A stretch of DNA of 64,000 nucleotides from an uncultured Phycisphaerales bacterium (GTDB taxonomy: Bacteria; Planctomycetota; Phycisphaerae; Tepidisphaerales; Tepidisphaeraceae): contig CAIQIQ010000062.1 of assembly GCA_903871935.1 (NCBI GenBank), positions 72,020-136,019 of the forward strand, given 5' to 3'. The position numbers and the translations under genes are program-made. Below the pieces are notes generated by a model that did not search any database, had not been told where the DNA came from, and saw nothing but the letters and a program-made list of their open reading frames with translations. This document shows, piece after piece, positions 1 to 19,388 of the stretch (position 1 is its first letter; the number at the start of each line of letters is the position of its first letter).

Positions 1-377
1 GCCCCTGGCGCAACCTGCAACTCCGGATTTACCTGTTTCCGTGATCCCCGTCATGCTGATTGCTGCCCTGCCGGTCATGGTCCGACGAGTGGTTATTCCC
101 GTGACCGCCGTCGTGATGGTCGTGATCGCATCCGGCCAATGCCATCAGGATCGCCGCAGCCATCACAACTACCACCGAAATGCTTCGTGCTCTTGCTTTC
201 GTTCTTTGCTTTCACAGTCAGCGCTGTATGCGCATAGAAGTCCATCGAGGTCGCGAGAAACAGATCAGGCGACACGCCGGAAGCGACCGGCCGCATGGGC
301 ATGGACCACGCGGATCCATGCCCATGCGGCCTTATGTCATCACTTGGTGCTCCACGCTCCACCCTCCGCCGCCGCGA

Positions 378-1217
378 TTACTGCATCCAAGGCTGCGCCG
401 GATGGCTGGGCCAATGTGCTTTGTCGAACCCAGAGGCCCTCTTGAGCTGCTCCTTGTCGGCATCCAGCACCAGGCCGGATACGCCCGGCTGAATCTTGAA
501 GTCGTCGATCGGAATCGCAAAGTACTTGTCACCGACGCCCAGCATGCCGCCAAATGACAGGACGCCGTAGAGCGTGGCGCCAGTCTTTTCATCCATGACA
601 ATATCCTTCAGATCGCCGAGGCCTTCGCCCCTGGCGTTCTGTACGGGCCTGCCCAGCAGGTCACCGGCTCGCTGCGTCCAGGTAGCCTCCTTGCCAATCT
701 CGGCTGCAGCAGGCTGGGCGTTCCCGGCATTCGACTCAACCTTGGCCTGCTTCTGGTAGTAGTTGTCGGCCGTGGAATACGTGTCGGCAGCCACCCCGGC
801 CGGCCACTGTCCTCGGGCGAAGGTAGGACCACTCTTGATCGTCTGAAGATCTACGGTCAGCCGCGCCTCATCCCCACCGGTGAATTGCAGTGTCTGATAG
901 GGAATCGCCGCCAACCTGTCGGCCAAGCCGGGAACCTTGTCGCAGGAGATGATGACGTACCCGGCCTGGTGCCGGGCGCCATCAAACACAATGTCTTTCA
1001 CATTGCCCAGCGCCTGAGTGTCACTGCTGAACACGGCCGCCCCCATCAGCTTGCTGAGCCGACGCGAGGCAAGTTCCTGTTGCGCCTGTTGCGCCGGCAT
1101 CGCCTGCGCAGGCGTGTTCTGAGCCGGAGGCGTGGTCATAGTGTCGTCCGCGGCAAACACGACTGTTCCGATCGCCATGGGAATCATCCAAATGCACTTC
1201 GATAGTTGTCTGGTCAT
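378..1217 (-). CDS. Secreted PRC-barrel domain protein with two PRC-barrel-like halves
   Basis: The ORF at 378..1295 has an internal ATG at 1217, preceded by a GAGG-like RBS. The protein begins MTRQLSKCIWMIPMAIGTVVFAADD, which reads as a signal peptide. Motifs such as GDKYFAIPIDDFK and GYVIISCDKVPGLADRLAAIPYQTLQF are typical of PRC-barrel proteins. Confidence 0.55.
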   Translation of the reverse strand: MTRQLSKCIWMIPMAIGTVVFAADDTMTTPPAQNTPAQAMPAQQAQQELASRRLSKLMGAAVFSSDTQALGNVKDIVFDGARHQAGYVIISCDKVPGLADRLAAIPYQTLQFTGGDEARLTVDLQTIKSGPTFARGQWPAGVAADTYSTADNYYQKQAKVESNAGNAQPAAAEIGKEATWTQRAGDLLGRPVQNARGEGLGDLKDIVMDEKTGATLYGVLSFGGMLGVGDKYFAIPIDDFKIQPGVSGLVLDADKEQLKRASGFDKAHWPSHPAQPWMQ

Positions 1218-1452
1218 AGAAAAACCTCGTTTGTTGTGTCGAAATACTACTGATGCCAACTCGACGCCTGACGCCTGTTGCGCACCAGCGTTCATGTGAG
1301 TCTCAACCGTTCACCGCCGTCTGCAAATCGTCTTCGCCAAGTCCCTCATCAGCCCCCGCTGATGGTGGATCCTTGACCCATTCTGATCCCCCTCTTCACA
1401 ATGTAAGCTTCCCTAGAAGCACGCTGCCGTGAACACCACGACAGCGGAAGGT

Positions 1453-1917
1453 TCAGCGGGCCGCTGGACCTTCCTGCCCTACCGATAGGCCTGTTGTTCG
1501 ATCTGATGCCAGCGTTGCGTAAAACTCTCGGGCTTTGGCCAGCAACTGGCCATCGCTCAAGTGGTGCTCATCCACCGCAACGGAACCAACCACGCGATTG
1601 GCCACTCCGGGGTGATGGCGATGCAACTCCGCCAGCAACTGCTCCATGGCACTGCTCGCCCCAGTGCTGCTGCCGAAGATCAGGATCTTCTCTGCTCCAT
1701 GCAAAGCCCGGGCCACCGCCTCATAGAACGTCTTGCGTTCCGGTTTGCGCTGGCCGTTGGCATCATCCTGCACGTTATGGAGATACCGGCCATAGCCGTG
1801 TGGGTCATACGGCGTGATCCGCTCGGGCACCGACCCGTGCAGTTCGGCTTTGTAGATGCGCGCCTCGCGATGATCGATCACAACCAGAAAATGTGAACCA
1901 GCCGGGTGTGTTGTCAT
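1453..1917 (-). CDS. Host-attachment-protein / baeRF-like family protein
   Basis: The N-terminus HFLVVIDHREARIYKAE matches the ilVaDgsrARlf start typical of the Host_attach family. It is a roughly 155-aa soluble protein. The ATG at 1917 is preferred over the TTG at 1935. Confidence 0.45.
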   Translation of the reverse strand: MTTHPAGSHFLVVIDHREARIYKAELHGSVPERITPYDPHGYGRYLHNVQDDANGQRKPERKTFYEAVARALHGAEKILIFGSSTGASSAMEQLLAELHRHHPGVANRVVGSVAVDEHHLSDGQLLAKAREFYATLASDRTTGLSVGQEGPAAR

Positions 1918-1931
1918 GGCATCTTTCCGTA

Positions 1932-2432
1932 TCAATGAAATGGGGCGTTGATGATGTCCTTTGCGCCACGTACGGATTTCGAGAGCACATCGGAAATCGT
2001 CCTGGCAGTGTTGCCGCCGATGTCACTGGCGGCCTCCAATGCTCCATTCACTGCATGCTCCACGGCTCTGCTGGTGTCGGCGCCGATCTCTCCCGTCGCG
2101 GCGATGGCTGATTGCGTTGCGGCCACTGCCACCTTCGCAACGTCGCCGCCAACTTCGGCGGCGGCCTTGATCGTCCCGCACACGGCCGATTTCGTCACCA
2201 TGCCAACATCCTCACCCGTGCTGGATGCGGCTCGAATCGCTCCGCGGACGATAGCGGCGGCGGCCTCCTCAGCCGCGATGCCAACTTTCGACGCTCCGCC
2301 AACTGCGGTCAGAAGCACATCTCGGGCGGCATCAATCACCGCCTGGGCAAGATTGCTTCCGATGTGAATCCCCCCGATAATCGCCATTTCCGTGGTTCTG
2401 CCAATGGCAGATGATGTAACCTGATTCTCCAT
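1932..2432 (-). CDS. Gly/Ala-rich low-complexity hypothetical protein
   Basis: A 166-aa ORF with periodic A/G/I-rich segments such as AAAEVGGDVAKVAVAAT and GALEAASDIGG. Its stop lies immediately upstream of the 1453..1917 gene on the same strand. Confidence 0.4.
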   Translation of the reverse strand: MENQVTSSAIGRTTEMAIIGGIHIGSNLAQAVIDAARDVLLTAVGGASKVGIAAEEAAAAIVRGAIRAASSTGEDVGMVTKSAVCGTIKAAAEVGGDVAKVAVAATQSAIAATGEIGADTSRAVEHAVNGALEAASDIGGNTARTISDVLSKSVRGAKDIINAPFH

Positions 2433-2851
2433 GAGCTGGTCTCCCCTTTTAGAAGGAATGATTCACGCGGTGCAACTACCTCTTTGGTCGAGAACACCGA
2501 TTCTCCTCGCGGTTGCGCCGCATGAACTGTCGCAGTGGTGATCTCGCCGACGGCAATCTGACAATACTGCAGCGCGACAGCTTCTGGCAACGCCCAAACG
2601 GCGCAGTTCGTTAAGTGATCAGGTGCCAGACCCATGCATGGCTACTGACAGACCCGTCACATTTTTTAGGAGCGATACGTTCATGCCTGTCGCAGAACAA
2701 CGTGATGGATACCCACTGACCCGTTCCAGCGCTGCATCCAGGCAGGACGATCCCCATCTTGAGAGCCCTGAACCGTTTTGACAGCGGGCATGGCAGGAGC
2801 GACAATTCGATGCAGTTAAGCCGGTTCCCTAACCCCGTGAAGGAGATCCAC

Positions 2852-3349
2852 ATGTCAGACACCAGGACGAATCTGAAAGAGGCTTTCGCCGGTGAAAGCC
2901 AGGCAAACCGCAAATACCTCGCCTTCGCCAAGAAGGCGGAACAGGAGGGCTTCCCGGTCGTCGCCCGGCTCTTCCGGGCGGCCGCTGAAGCTGAGACGAT
3001 CCATGCGCTGGGCCACCTTGCCGCGTTGGATGGCGTCGGTGCCACCGCTGAGAACCTGAAAGCCGCCGTCGATGGCGAAACCTACGAATTCGAGAAGATG
3101 TACCCGCCGATGATCGCTCAGGCAGAGGCTGAGAAACACAAAGGCAAACGGATGTTTGACCTCGCCGCCAGGGCCGAAGCGGTGCACGCAAAGCTCTATG
3201 CCATGGCGCTCGATGCCGTCAAAGGCGGCAAAGACCTTGCGGCCGAGGCATTCTACCTCTGTCCGGTCTGCGGCAATGTCGAGCTTGGAAAAGCGCCGGC
3301 CGCCTGCCCCATCTGCGGATGCAGGGGCGATCGTTTCCAGAAGATCTAG
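2852..3349 (+). CDS. Rubrerythrin with C-terminal rubredoxin-like CxxC...CxxC domain
   Basis: An AGGAGA RBS precedes the ATG at 2852. The N-terminus is MSDTRTNLKEAFAGESQANRKYLAFAKKAEQEGF (ferritin-like diiron) and the C-terminus is CPVCG...CPICG. Confidence 0.9.
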   Translation: MSDTRTNLKEAFAGESQANRKYLAFAKKAEQEGFPVVARLFRAAAEAETIHALGHLAALDGVGATAENLKAAVDGETYEFEKMYPPMIAQAEAEKHKGKRMFDLAARAEAVHAKLYAMALDAVKGGKDLAAEAFYLCPVCGNVELGKAPAACPICGCRGDRFQKI

Positions 3350-3414
3350 CAACCGAAGGCAAATGGTCGTCCTCAGGCACGGCATCACCGTGCCTGAGGA
3401 TAGACTCTTGCTCT

Positions 3415-4233
3415 ATGCCAGAACTTCCCGAAGTCCAGACTGTGGTGAACTCGCTGCTCCCGCACGTTGTGGGCGCGCGATTCATTCGCGTCACAACCCT
3501 CCGTCCGGACTTCATCGTTCCACCAGGCACCGACCTGCCGGCCCTTCTCACCGGTCGGACAGTCACCTCGATTCACCGCCGGGCCAAGCGCATCATCTTC
3601 ACCCTCGACACACACCAGCGTTTCCTCATTCACCTGGGTATGACGGGCCGAGTTACCTTGCATCCCGTCGGTTCACCGCCGGTCCGTCACACACATGTTG
3701 TCCTCGCCGTTGCGTCGCCGGTTCGCAAATCCATTGAGATCCATCTCTGCGACCCGCGCCGATTCGGCGAACTGCGCTGGTTAGGCGATGACACCGGCGA
3801 GGATGGGTTGGGCTATGAGCCCCTGGCCCTTCGTCCCCGCGCTCTGGCGGCTCTTCTTGCCACCAGCCGCCGGCCGGTGAAGAGTTTCCTCCTCGATCAA
3901 GCTGCGGTTGCCGGCTTAGGAAACATCTACGCCGATGAGTCGCTCTTTGCCGCAGGTTTGCATCCACTCACGCCCTGCAACCGGATTACCCGTGATCAGG
4001 CAGCCCGCCTCTGTCGCTGCATCAAAGCCGTGATCCGCAAGGCACTGTACCATCGCGGCAGTTCGCTGCGCGACTACGTCGATGCCGAAGGCGGCAAAGG
4101 CGCATTCCAGAAACTCCATCAGGTCTATGGCCGCGCAGGCAAGCCTTGCCGCCGGTGCCGCACCCCCATCGAACGCATTGTCCTATCTGGTCGATCCACC
4201 TGCTTTTGCCCGAAGTGCCAGAGCGCTGCCTGA
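3415..4233 (+). CDS. mutM: Formamidopyrimidine-DNA glycosylase (Fpg/MutM)
   Basis: The N-terminus MPELPEVQTV carries the catalytic Pro2 and Glu3. The C-terminus has the zinc finger CRRC...CPKC. Confidence 0.9.
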   Translation: MPELPEVQTVVNSLLPHVVGARFIRVTTLRPDFIVPPGTDLPALLTGRTVTSIHRRAKRIIFTLDTHQRFLIHLGMTGRVTLHPVGSPPVRHTHVVLAVASPVRKSIEIHLCDPRRFGELRWLGDDTGEDGLGYEPLALRPRALAALLATSRRPVKSFLLDQAAVAGLGNIYADESLFAAGLHPLTPCNRITRDQAARLCRCIKAVIRKALYHRGSSLRDYVDAEGGKGAFQKLHQVYGRAGKPCRRCRTPIERIVLSGRSTCFCPKCQSAA

Positions 4234-4355
4234 TCCCCAGGCAAACGGCTCGCGGATGGCGACAGGCACCGGCTTGCGTCTCTTCTCAAGTGCAATTGCC
4301 TAATTACCAGGCACACGCAATTGCGTATTAACTGTGCAATGTCTATACTGGAGGC

Positions 4356-5981
<1,626 letters not shown>

Positions 5982-6088
5982 AGCGGGCTCCCTGGCAATC
6001 CGCGCGTCGACTTTTTCCCCTACGTTGACGCAGGCAGGCGGAGTTTCACCCGTTGACTATCGGTCATAAATCGTCTTAATCACCATAC

Positions 6089-7312
6089 ATGGCTTGGCCT
6101 CTTGCCCAGACAACTCCGGACGCAGCCACGATCTTCTACATCTCGCTGGCGCTGATCTTCCTGACTGGCGTGATCACCACCATCGCCACCAAGTGGATGC
6201 GCGACAAGTGCCTGAAGCTTTTCGATGGCTATCACGTCACCCTCGAAGGCCTCCGCGGCTCGACCGACTGGGGCCGATTCAAGGCCCTCTCCAGCGGCAT
6301 CGAACTGCTCTACGACCATCCCTACACGGACACCCACGGCCGCAAGAAGACTTCGCTGCTCATCTACGGCCAGGAGATCGAGCCGCGCATGCTCACACTC
6401 TTCCGCTACCATGATGAGCTTACCCCCGAAAAGCAGAAGGTTCGCCTGGAGCAGGTCCGCCACACCTTCAATCCGGGATTTCGCCGCCGCATTGGCCGCG
6501 GCATCCGCAACATGCTCAACACGCTCCGCGATGCCTTCGGCGCCGCCATCGGGGCGGCCGTAGGACAGGCCCAGCGCATGAACCCCGGCAATGTCGTCCT
6601 CAGTACTCAGGCCAGCCAGGTCACCCAGATCGGCCAAACCATTCTCGGCCGCGCCGCTGCCAATGCCTACGAACCCCTGCTCGAGCAGTACATCGGCCAG
6701 CCGGTCATTCTTGAAGTCCTTGATCCCATCAACCCCAACAATGTCACGCAGCAGTATGCTGGCTATCTCGCCGATTACACCCAGCAGTTCATCGCAGTCC
6801 TCAACATCGATCACGCCACCTCGCAGTGGATAGAGATCACCCTTCCCGATGTGGCCGAAGGTGAATTGCTCCCGCCGTTAGCCCCCCCACCCGCTGCCGG
6901 CGGCCCTGCCCCCATTCTCCCCGCACCTGCGAAAATCGAGAACGAGATTGCCGTCCGCATCGATGGCAGGCGTTTTCGCCTGCACAACACCCGCAGTGAA
7001 CCTGTTGTGGTTCGTCGCCTCGAGCGGGAAGGCTACGAGCCACTGGAGATTGGCTCTGTCATCCCGCCCAATGGCACCATGAGCCTGCCCGCCCGCGACG
7101 CCCGCGGTGCCAGGGTCATCATGGAAGTCATCCGCTGCATGGACATCATCGCCCCGCGCAAATACGCGACCGTTCGCCATGCCGGCGAACTGGTGGAACG
7201 CCCCGGCCTGATCGAAGACCTGGGTCTGGGCCATCTGCCGCTGGTTCCTGCCCTTCCGGAGCTGGTGAAGATCTCGCGCCTGCACGGGTCCGAACCGCCC
7301 CGCAACACCTAG
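6089..7312 (+). CDS. Hypothetical membrane-anchored protein
   Basis: A 407-aa ORF with one N-terminal TM helix (IFYISLALIFLTGVITTIATKW) and a Pro/Ala-rich linker. I recognise no family. It lies directly downstream of the GAF-sigma54 activator. Confidence 0.5.
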   Translation: MAWPLAQTTPDAATIFYISLALIFLTGVITTIATKWMRDKCLKLFDGYHVTLEGLRGSTDWGRFKALSSGIELLYDHPYTDTHGRKKTSLLIYGQEIEPRMLTLFRYHDELTPEKQKVRLEQVRHTFNPGFRRRIGRGIRNMLNTLRDAFGAAIGAAVGQAQRMNPGNVVLSTQASQVTQIGQTILGRAAANAYEPLLEQYIGQPVILEVLDPINPNNVTQQYAGYLADYTQQFIAVLNIDHATSQWIEITLPDVAEGELLPPLAPPPAAGGPAPILPAPAKIENEIAVRIDGRRFRLHNTRSEPVVVRRLEREGYEPLEIGSVIPPNGTMSLPARDARGARVIMEVIRCMDIIAPRKYATVRHAGELVERPGLIEDLGLGHLPLVPALPELVKISRLHGSEPPRNT

Positions 7313-7318
7313 ACCCAG

Positions 7319-8020
7319 TCACTGCAGGTGTTGGAGCAGTCCCATCTCCATACGTTCCTGCGCCTCGGGTTTGCGAATATAGAGCGGCGTGAGTTTGAAA
7401 GGATCGGCATAGGCTCCCTGCTCACGCAGTTGCAGCGCCAGATGCGCTACGGTTGCGGCCTTCGGCCACCATAGCTCCTCTGCGGCTATGCGAATCTCCT
7501 TCTCGACCGCGCCGATCAGATGCTGCTGGTGGTACTTTACGCCCTCGCCGAGAATGACCACCGGCCGGGGAACTCGCGCCAGCAGGTCCGGCAGATGGAC
7601 CAGTTGCGGCGGTTCAATCTCATCCAGTGCGTGGCCAGCCCGGCGATACAGGCCCGCGTAGACCTGATCGCGCTTGGCATCGAGGATGGGCATCACCCAC
7701 TGGGCATCGGCCGGGGCGTTGCTGGCGATCACAGGCAATGTGGGAACCGCCAGCAGCTTGGCGCCAGTCGCAAATGCCAGTGTCTTGGCCAGCGTGACGC
7801 CAATTCGAAGCCCGGTGAACGATCCCGGCCCGATCGACACCGCAACATCAGTGATATCCTTCGCTGTGATCCCCTGCTCTCGGCACACTTCGTCAATCAG
7901 CGGCAGCACTCTGGCCGCATTCTGCAGACCATGTGAGAAGGTTCGCTGCGCCCGCAGAACTGCCCCATCACACAGGGCAATGGACCCAACGCTTGACGAT
8001 GTCTCGATGGCCAGCAACAT
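7319..8020 (-). CDS. tsaB: tRNA threonylcarbamoyladenosine biosynthesis protein TsaB (YeaZ family)
   Basis: The N-terminus MLLAIETSSSVGSIALCDG is typical of inactive Kae1/TsaD homologs. Length is 233 aa. Confidence 0.8.
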   Translation of the reverse strand: MLLAIETSSSVGSIALCDGAVLRAQRTFSHGLQNAARVLPLIDEVCREQGITAKDITDVAVSIGPGSFTGLRIGVTLAKTLAFATGAKLLAVPTLPVIASNAPADAQWVMPILDAKRDQVYAGLYRRAGHALDEIEPPQLVHLPDLLARVPRPVVILGEGVKYHQQHLIGAVEKEIRIAAEELWWPKAATVAHLALQLREQGAYADPFKLTPLYIRKPEAQERMEMGLLQHLQ

Positions 8021-8053
8021 CGGATGCGATCATACTCAGGGTACCGTGTGCGT

Positions 8054-10669
8054 CTATGTATCTACCCATGGCTCAGCCTTAATGCCCTGGCGAACCAGGG
8101 AAACACAATTCGTGACCGCCATCAGTGCAGTCACCTTTCCAGCGGAATCGCGGACGGGGCGGAGGTCCACATCTACAGTGAGTTGCCGACCGTCTTTTGT
8201 CTGGCAGGGAACAGCAGATAGCGACAAGGACTCGCCAGCGCGCCGTCGCTCAAGCAGTTTCGCGTACGTTTCGCGCTTATCGTCAGGCACGACTGGCATA
8301 GGCTTGCCAACCACCTCCTCCTGTGTCCAACCGAACAGTTTCGTAGCAGCATCGTTCCAGATGATGACGTTCCCCTGGAGATCCAGGACATTGATCGGGA
8401 CCGGCGTAACCTGCAAGACAGCTTCGAGCAACCCGAGGATCTCTTCTCTGCTCCGCTGCGATGCCTTTGCCTCCGTTCGGTCGATCATGAAGATAGTAGC
8501 GAGATCTCTATCCTCAGGGTCCAAAGGAGCGCCACCGACCATGACCGGAATTCGCCGGCCATCTTTGCGGACATACTCTTTCTCGTAGGGGCAACGCAGG
8601 CCGTTGCGAATTCGTTCGTGTTGTTCTCTAGTAACATCTATCCAATCGGGAGGAGTCAGAGTGATCCAATTGATCCTTCCCTCTTTCAAGTCTTCACGTG
8701 TATAACCGAGAATGCGGAGATACGTATCATTGGCATCAACTATGAGGCCAGTAGTGATGTGGGCGATTGCCATACCCATCATATTGCACTCAAAGATGCC
8801 GCGGAAATGCTGCTCGCTGGCGCGCAATTCCTCTTCCATCCTCTTACGCTGGCTGACATCGCGGAAATGCACAGCCAGGCCATCTTGCCATCCGTACGCA
8901 TTCAACGCGACGTGGGCCCGGGCAGCATCGCTGTAGTACTCGATGTGCAGCGTTCCGCAGGTCTGCATGCACTGCGCCAACTGGCGTGTGACATCGGCAT
9001 GTGCGTTTGGCGGCAGGACGTCTTCCAGCAGCTTGCCCATGGCGGCGTCGCGGTCGATCCGTAGCATCTGGGCCGCCTTTTCGTTCATCCAGGTAACGTG
9101 ATGCTCGCGATCCAGCACAACAAACCCGTCGGTGATGGAGCCCAGCACGCCGGTCAGGTACCGATTGCTGGCCTGAAGCGACTCCTCCATGCGTTTGCGC
9201 TCGCCGATGTCGTGGAAATAGACGGTCAAGCCTTGGACAGAAGCGTAGGCGTGCAGTTCCAGTGGCACACCCAGTAAAGGACTGAAAGCCTCGAAGTGTT
9301 CAGTTCGAGATTGCTCCAAACATGACTTCAGTCGATCGTATATCGGGGTATCGATCACGCCCGGAAAGACGTCTTTGAGCGTGCGCCCGACGATGGACTC
9401 ACGCTCGCGGCCGAACATCCGTGCGCTTTCCTGGTTCATCCAGGTCACGGTGCCATTTTGGTCGAACGCTATAAACGCATCGGTGATCGACTCAAGGATG
9501 TTTGTGATGCGCTGGTTGGTATCCCACAGTGCCGATTGGAGGCGATGCCGCTCGCTGACGTCGGTGGCCGTTCGCATCAGCCCCTGCCGTCCGCCGGTAA
9601 GCTTGCCGATCGCCATGGTAGTAAAATCCCAGATCCGCGTCTGGCCGGATGCGGTGTGGATCGTGTACTCGCCCTCTTCAACCGGTTCCGGCCAGTCGTA
9701 CAGTACTTCGACATCGGTCGGCTCCCAGCGGTTCTGGTCGTGCTCGCCCTTGTCAAACCAGTCGCCCATCGTAGGCACATCTCTCAAGTGCCACCCGCTC
9801 TGCTGCGTCCAGGCGCGATTGACCATGACGACTTCGCCATCCGCCGCATAGACCATGACCGGAAACGGCATGTTCTCGACGACAGTTCGGAAGCGACGCT
9901 CGCTGTCGCGCAGCGCCTCACGGATACGGTCCTGTTTGGCAATCTCGACCAGCAGTTTCCGTTCGCGCGGCCCGGGATTGCGGGTGGTGGAGCGCTTGCG
10001 GGCACTGTCCCAAACCTGTGCAAATTCCGGTGTTTCCTTCAGAAGTGCCTTGTGTACGGCCATCACGCGCCCATCCTGCATGGCATCAGCGTCGGGATGA
10101 GCGTCGATCCAAACTCGCTGCATGGCGGCAAAGGTCGAGAGCACCACCACCTTGTTGAAGAGTTCATCACCCAACGCATCATGGGCGGCGTTACGGCAAC
10201 GGCCGCCGGGATCTTTTCGAACCGTCATGCGGGCGACCGCCCAAAGTATCCACAGGTCAAGCCCTTCGGGCATGCTCGCCCAGCCGGAGTGCAGCACCCA
10301 CGTGGCGGAGAGGGTGCGAATCTGCTCGGCGATCAATCGCTGAGGCGGGAGTTTCATCCGCAGGAATTCCAGAATCTGCTGGCCGGTCATCCCCATCTGC
10401 CGCAGCGAACAGCTTCGCACGATCAGCGAATACGGCGTCAGATTGAACTTCGCCATCACCGTCAGGAACCGCTCCTTAAAGAGCCGCGGCAGTGTGTTCT
10501 GGACATACCCGGCCTGAGTGATGAGCCACGCAGCGCGCAGCGAAACCGGGTCTTGCGCCAAACTAACCATGGCTGGCGGGATGAACCCGAAAACCTGGTG
10601 GATCTCAGCCAGAATCGGCTGTGACTCAGGCGGCATGCCCGCGAAATCAGGTGTGGCCCCTGCACTCAT
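8054..10669 (-). CDS. Multi-PAS-domain sensor protein with a non-PAS N-terminal domain and no recognisable output domain
   Basis: An 871-aa ORF. Four or five PAS/PAC-like units recur, each followed by a [E/Q]RKRMEE linker. Examples are VVENMPFPVMVYAADGEVVMVNRAW, ILESITDAFIAFDQNGTVTWMNQ and GSITDGFVVLDREHHVTWMN. The first ~230 aa are not PAS and may be AhpD/CMD-like, though that is uncertain. Confidence 0.75.
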   Translation of the reverse strand: MSAGATPDFAGMPPESQPILAEIHQVFGFIPPAMVSLAQDPVSLRAAWLITQAGYVQNTLPRLFKERFLTVMAKFNLTPYSLIVRSCSLRQMGMTGQQILEFLRMKLPPQRLIAEQIRTLSATWVLHSGWASMPEGLDLWILWAVARMTVRKDPGGRCRNAAHDALGDELFNKVVVLSTFAAMQRVWIDAHPDADAMQDGRVMAVHKALLKETPEFAQVWDSARKRSTTRNPGPRERKLLVEIAKQDRIREALRDSERRFRTVVENMPFPVMVYAADGEVVMVNRAWTQQSGWHLRDVPTMGDWFDKGEHDQNRWEPTDVEVLYDWPEPVEEGEYTIHTASGQTRIWDFTTMAIGKLTGGRQGLMRTATDVSERHRLQSALWDTNQRITNILESITDAFIAFDQNGTVTWMNQESARMFGRERESIVGRTLKDVFPGVIDTPIYDRLKSCLEQSRTEHFEAFSPLLGVPLELHAYASVQGLTVYFHDIGERKRMEESLQASNRYLTGVLGSITDGFVVLDREHHVTWMNEKAAQMLRIDRDAAMGKLLEDVLPPNAHADVTRQLAQCMQTCGTLHIEYYSDAARAHVALNAYGWQDGLAVHFRDVSQRKRMEEELRASEQHFRGIFECNMMGMAIAHITTGLIVDANDTYLRILGYTREDLKEGRINWITLTPPDWIDVTREQHERIRNGLRCPYEKEYVRKDGRRIPVMVGGAPLDPEDRDLATIFMIDRTEAKASQRSREEILGLLEAVLQVTPVPINVLDLQGNVIIWNDAATKLFGWTQEEVVGKPMPVVPDDKRETYAKLLERRRAGESLSLSAVPCQTKDGRQLTVDVDLRPVRDSAGKVTALMAVTNCVSLVRQGIKAEPWVDT

Positions 10670-10860
10670 ATCCAGCCCACTGCCTCTTAACAGAGTTAAA
10701 CAGTATCGGTGAAATGCTTACCCATCCAGAGAAGCATTGCTCAACACACCATGCTCGCCTCAATTCGATCAATTTAACCAAATCCCACGGCAATTCCACA
10801 ACCAAATATGAATCCGCTCGCAGCTCTCCTTTTAGCTCGCTACCGCTGGGCGTAGATACT

Positions 10861-10899
10861 CAGCAAATGAAAACCCCCGGCGATCAACATCGCCGGGGG
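10861..10899 (-). terminator. Rho-independent terminator of rpoC
   Basis: Stem CCCCCGGCGAT, loop caac, stem ATCGCCGGGGG at 10874..10899. On the minus strand it is followed by TTTTCATTTG. Confidence 0.6.
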
Positions 10900-10926
10900 A
10901 TGGGGTCACTCATGATGAGAAACTGC

Positions 10927-15387
<4,461 letters not shown>

Positions 15388-15390
15388 GAC

Positions 15391-15596
15391 CTAATCTTTC
15401 TTGGCTTCCGGAAGCTCTTCGCTTCCCCGTTTCATCACTACTTCAAATCCGCCCTGCTCCAGCTTTCTCCGACGTCTGATCTGGATCATCACCAGATTAG
15501 CAATCGCGAGCACCCACATCACCGCCATGAGCAATGCAATCATGAGCACTGCAATCCGGCTTATGTCGAATGTTGGTGCCATCTGGGCATCCTCGG

Positions 15597-15600
<4 letters not shown>
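15391..15600 (-). CDS. Small single-pass membrane protein encoded between rpoB and rpoC
   Basis: A 69-codon ORF that starts with GTG. It has one strong TM helix ([24 protein letters not shown]) followed by RRRRK. Its start overlaps the rpoB stop as GTGA, and its stop lies 3 nt before the rpoC ATG. An internal ATG at codon 7 is also possible. Confidence 0.45.

Positions 15601-19388
<3,788 letters not shown>

Noticed and set aside
41-557. Several 60-130 aa ORFs at the left edge
   Set aside because: They are mutually overlapping, low-complexity or Arg-rich translations. The region is more likely the 3' flank of the PRC-barrel gene or a truncated neighbouring gene.
2433-2851. Sigma54-type promoter (TGGCAGGAGCGACAATTCG) upstream of rubrerythrin
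   Set aside because: The spacing between the GG and GC elements is off by 4 nt relative to the TGGCAC-N5-TTGC consensus.
6080-6814. 244-aa ORF on the minus strand
   Set aside because: It is antisense to the 6089..7312 gene and has no motifs. The sense ORF has a TM helix and better start context.
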